From NCBI GenBank assembly GCA_003141835.1, contig PLNR01000006.1, positions 78,558 to 142,557 on the forward strand: DNA of 64,000 nt, given 5' to 3'. The notes beneath the pieces were generated by a model that had not been told where the DNA came from, ran no database searches, and saw nothing but the letters and a program-made list of their open reading frames with translations. Below, piece after piece: positions 60,729 to 64,000 of this stretch. How positions within the stretch are numbered: position 1 is the stretch's first letter; every line of letters starts with the position of its first letter. The position numbers were made by a program, and so were the translations under genes. The DNA comes from Candidatus Omnitrophota bacterium. GTDB taxonomy: Bacteria > Omnitrophota > Gorgyraeia > Pluralincolimonadales > Pluralincolimonadaceae.

Positions 60729-61295
60729 TTATTTATTCTTCCACTCGTACGAGCCGGACGCGTTCATTACCTCGATAGGCGTCCCGGAAGGCGCGTCGTT
60801 CTGCAGGCGCTGCGCGTAAAGTTTCCGTACATCTTCGAGAGCCGCGCCGTTCTTCTGCGATAACGCTTTGTATATCGTCATCCTGTCTGCATTTTCCGCG
60901 CTGATAAGGTCCGCGGGAGCGCCGCTTCCTTTTGCCTCGACCATGCCGGATCTATTCTCGCCTATCACGCCTTTTCCCTCAAGTGATGAAAGCTCCGCGT
61001 ATCTGGCCTTACGGCTTGCCGCCGCCTGTACCACTTCCGGTGATAAAGATTCCTCGGCATAAGCATTGACCATGAGGAAATTAAGTTTCATGCCGTCTTC
61101 CGGTTTCGGAGCGGCTTTGCCGGATACCGCATTCTCGATACTGTTGATGTCGTTTGCCACATGCTGATACACGTCGAGCCGCATGGTCACATCGACCTTT
61201 ATCGGATCTTTCGGCGCTTTGACCTGCATGCTCATGCATCCCATACCCAAAAACACGACCAGCAAGACCGCCAAGACTGCCATTTCTTTTTTCAT
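60729..61295 (-). CDS. YnbE-like lipoprotein fused to YdbL/DUF1318
   Basis: Lipobox MGC, PKDPIKVDVTMRLD, then GVIGENRSG, ENADR..IY, terminal W. Confidence 0.75.
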   Translation of the reverse strand: MKKEMAVLAVLLVVFLGMGCMSMQVKAPKDPIKVDVTMRLDVYQHVANDINSIENAVSGKAAPKPEDGMKLNFLMVNAYAEESLSPEVVQAAASRKARYAELSSLEGKGVIGENRSGMVEAKGSGAPADLISAENADRMTIYKALSQKNGAALEDVRKLYAQRLQNDAPSGTPIEVMNASGSYEWKNK

Positions 61296-61307
61296 CTTTC
61301 CCTCTCC

Positions 61308-62171
61308 TTAAAATCCGTGTAATGCGACCGTAACGTCCCTTTTCCCTTTCACCCCTTCCAGGATCACATGCAGGAGTATCGAATCCTCGTTCCTGGATAT
61401 CCCAAGCGTCCCTTTCGTGAAGTCATAATTCCCGAAGCTATCCTCGATAAGCGAAAGCGGCTGTTTCGTGTTATCCGCGAGCCTTTTGAGGATCTCCTTG
61501 TCGGTGATGACCAGCGAGCCTCCCGGAGACACAGTCGAAAAATCCCCTTTTATATCGGTGATCTTCGCTTGCTCGCCGCGGAGCATGATCGCGCCGCCCA
61601 TAATGCCTTTCATCTCCACGCGGCCTTCGGCATTCAACCCTTTCGGCAGCAAGGCAAGATCGATCCCTCCGGCTTCAATATTCGCGTCGTAGACTATCGT
61701 CTTGCCTATTGTCATATTGCCGCTCGCGTCGGCGTTAAGCTTCCAGTCGGCCGTATTCAGGACCACTGTCATGCCCGTCATGACGAGCGACCTGACCGCA
61801 AAAGCCTTCCCGGGTTTGAGGGCCGGATATTCGATAATGTCGCGTAATTTTTTTCCGGGAGAGTTAAATTCCAAAGAGCCGCCCTTGACGGTTATCTCGG
61901 GTATTATCCTCGTAAACAGCGAAAGCGGCGAAAATCTTATCTCTACCTGCTTGATACGGTAGCGCAGGGTATCGCCTTTCTTTATGTCGATCCCGGTGAT
62001 CGCGACCGTATTCGCGTTCCTGAGTCCTGCGTTCCCGATCGAAACATCATAGCCGGGAAACGCGCTTTTTATCTGCCCGACGGCGATATTGACTAACAGG
62101 GGCCTGCCGATCAACCACAGGGCCGGCAAGATCGCCAGGATAACCGCTAAGATAACTAATTTCCGTCTCAA
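61308..62171 (-). CDS. Short YdbH/AsmA-like protein, paralog A
   Basis: N-terminal TM anchor, beta-rich body, PGGSL.I and NYDF motifs; upstream of YnbE-YdbL. Confidence 0.6.
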   Translation of the reverse strand: MRRKLVILAVILAILPALWLIGRPLLVNIAVGQIKSAFPGYDVSIGNAGLRNANTVAITGIDIKKGDTLRYRIKQVEIRFSPLSLFTRIIPEITVKGGSLEFNSPGKKLRDIIEYPALKPGKAFAVRSLVMTGMTVVLNTADWKLNADASGNMTIGKTIVYDANIEAGGIDLALLPKGLNAEGRVEMKGIMGGAIMLRGEQAKITDIKGDFSTVSPGGSLVITDKEILKRLADNTKQPLSLIEDSFGNYDFTKGTLGISRNEDSILLHVILEGVKGKRDVTVALHGF

Positions 62172-62178
62172 TAGTTTT

Positions 62179-62913
62179 TCATAATCCGCGCAAAGGAAAA
62201 GTCAGGTCCTTCTTGCCCTTCACGCCTTTGAGTGTCATATGAAACACCAGAGATCCCGTCTTTCCCGATATCTGCAGGGTGCCTTCCGTGAAATCGAAAT
62301 CTTTCAGGTCTTCGATATCAGCCAGCGGTTGTTTCGCGTTATCCGCAAGCCTTTTAAGGAATGCCTCATCCTTAATGGCAATGTTCCAACTGCCCGGGGC
62401 GACGGAAAAATCGCCTTTTATCTCCGTCTCGCCTGACGGTGTCTTACGTATCTCTATATTCCCGCCGACTACAGTGTTAAGTTTCCAGTCGGCCGTTTCC
62501 AATATCGGGTTAAAATTCAATATCACAATGGATTTAGCCGTAAAACCTTTCCCCGGATTAAATACCGGGTACCCGATGACATCTTTGAGCTTTTTATCCA
62601 CGGAACTGACTTCCATAAGAGAATTTTTTATAATGATCTTCGGGACTTTCCTCGTAAATAGCGAGAGCGGCGAAAATTTTATCTCTAACCCGTTTATCCT
62701 GTAAGAAAGGTCCGCGCCCCGCGTAGCCTTTATTCCGGTTATCGCGATCATGTCGGCATTCCTGATCTCGGCGGCGCCGATCGAAACATTATAGCCGGGG
62801 AACATCTCCTTGATCTCCTTTACCGCGATGCCGGTTATCAGGGACCTGCCGAATAATCCCACACCTAGCACGAGCGCCAGGATGACCGCGAAAATGACTA
62901 TTTCCCGTCTCAT
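62179..62913 (-). CDS. Short YdbH/AsmA-like protein, paralog B
   Basis: Shares FPGY.VSIG.A, FSPLSLFTR, TADWKLN, LKRLADN.KQPL, GVKGK.D with paralog A. Confidence 0.6.
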   Translation of the reverse strand: MRREIVIFAVILALVLGVGLFGRSLITGIAVKEIKEMFPGYNVSIGAAEIRNADMIAITGIKATRGADLSYRINGLEIKFSPLSLFTRKVPKIIIKNSLMEVSSVDKKLKDVIGYPVFNPGKGFTAKSIVILNFNPILETADWKLNTVVGGNIEIRKTPSGETEIKGDFSVAPGSWNIAIKDEAFLKRLADNAKQPLADIEDLKDFDFTEGTLQISGKTGSLVFHMTLKGVKGKKDLTFPLRGL

Positions 62914-63998
62914 CTTTTGAATGTATGCCTTACGGCTTTACCTTTCAGGTTATACTTTACTTCGATATTCCCGCCGTGGAAATCTTCCGGAACGAGCTTG
63001 GGCCTCAACGCGACTTTACCGAAATCGAATTTTACGCCGAGGACCTCGTCTATCAGCGTGTAAATATACCAGCTCGCCGAGCCGGTCAGGTAAAAATAAA
63101 GCCCCCGTCCCTCGTTGTTGAAATATTCCGGTATCATGGGATATATCCGGGCCGCGCCGCTCGTCGACATCTTATAGATGGAATCGAAGACCTCATGCCC
63201 TTCCTTGACGAAACCCCTTTTATACAGGGCATTCGCCAGCATCACGTTCATGTGGTTGAAGAACGCCCCGTTCTCCTTGTCGCCGTACGCGAACCCGTAC
63301 GCCCGCCCGAAGTCCATATATACCGTCCTGAAATCCGTCCCGAGGCGGAACCCTCCGAGCACGGGGTCTTTCAGGTTTTTTTTGATCGACTGCCATATCT
63401 TCCTTATCTGCTCATCGGTCGCGCAGCCGCTCATTATCGCGAAGACCTGCGAGGCCAGCTTCATGCGTACCCTGTCTCTAAATTTCCCCCGCTGAGGCGG
63501 GACCTTGCCCTCCACACGACATCCCTTATTATCGTAGTAACCGTTGAAGAATCCTGCGTCGGCGATCCATTCTTTCTTCCTCAGCCACGCGAAGAGATGG
63601 TCGGCCTTTTTGCGCAGGTCGTCGATCAGGTCGTCGATATCCACCTCGACTGCCTCGCCGGTGATCGCCCTGCAGGATTCGAGGTATTCTTCAAGCCGTC
63701 TCTGTTTCTCTTTATGATCATTATAATCGACCGGAGTGCCCATGCTATCGAGCAGCATCAGGAATTCTGTCAATAATTTGACGCTCTTGTGCCTCTTCTT
63801 CATCTCTTCGAGGATAACGCAGATGTCGCGCAGGTTATGCGCGTACATGAAGCTGAAAGCCACGCTCTCGCCCCTGTCGGATGCCATGTCAAGGCCGTCG
63901 TTCCAGTCGGCGTTCTCGAGGCGTATGACGTTATGCTCGCCGACGTTGAAGAATTGGACGAGATTCTGGACGAGGATATGTTCCAGGACGCTGCCCTT
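62910..63998 (-). CDS. GH94-type glycoside phosphorylase, C-terminal part (runs off window end)
   Basis: Frame open to window edge; ADWNDGLDM, GES, KENGA.F.H, YLTGSASW. Confidence 0.85.
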   Translation of the reverse strand, partial: KGSVLEHILVQNLVQFFNVGEHNVIRLENADWNDGLDMASDRGESVAFSFMYAHNLRDICVILEEMKKRHKSVKLLTEFLMLLDSMGTPVDYNDHKEKQRRLEEYLESCRAITGEAVEVDIDDLIDDLRKKADHLFAWLRKKEWIADAGFFNGYYDNKGCRVEGKVPPQRGKFRDRVRMKLASQVFAIMSGCATDEQIRKIWQSIKKNLKDPVLGGFRLGTDFRTVYMDFGRAYGFAYGDKENGAFFNHMNVMLANALYKRGFVKEGHEVFDSIYKMSTSGAARIYPMIPEYFNNEGRGLYFYLTGSASWYIYTLIDEVLGVKFDFGKVALRPKLVPEDFHGGNIEVKYNLKGKAVRHTFKR

Positions 63999-64000
63999 GT

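Overview
Bacterial chromosomal window, almost entirely coding on the minus strand (one plus-strand gene). Gene content (PEP-CTERM protein, Porin_5-type porin, CBM-rich secreted proteins, GH94/GH144) suggests a diderm PVC-type organism such as Ca. Omnitrophota; this is inference only. The most striking feature is a ~12 kb operon (16705->4499). It interleaves hopanoid genes (DUF116, shc, hpnH, hpnA, hpnG, ispH, HpnL-like flippase) with an aminoethylphosphonate-type head-group module: split ThDP decarboxylase, AEP transaminase, cytidylyltransferase and CDP-alcohol phosphotransferase. The operon has no PEP mutase and no recognisable squalene synthase. An uncharacterised soluble YdjM-like metallo-protein occupies the usual pepM position, and DUF116 is coupled to shc. 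Other content: carbohydrate genes; two c-di-GMP HD-GYP genes; lsrF-like aldolase; lemA/M48; an AT-richer secreted lipase-like effector with a candidate immunity gene; an Rrf2-led sulfur/Fe-S operon running into cusCBA; a pho/pst locus with Pho boxes and an embedded arsC; and a duplicated YdbH plus fused YnbE-YdbL module. Two families of REP-like palindromes and several apparently leaderless promoters are visible. No rRNA, tRNA, CRISPR array or transposase was seen.
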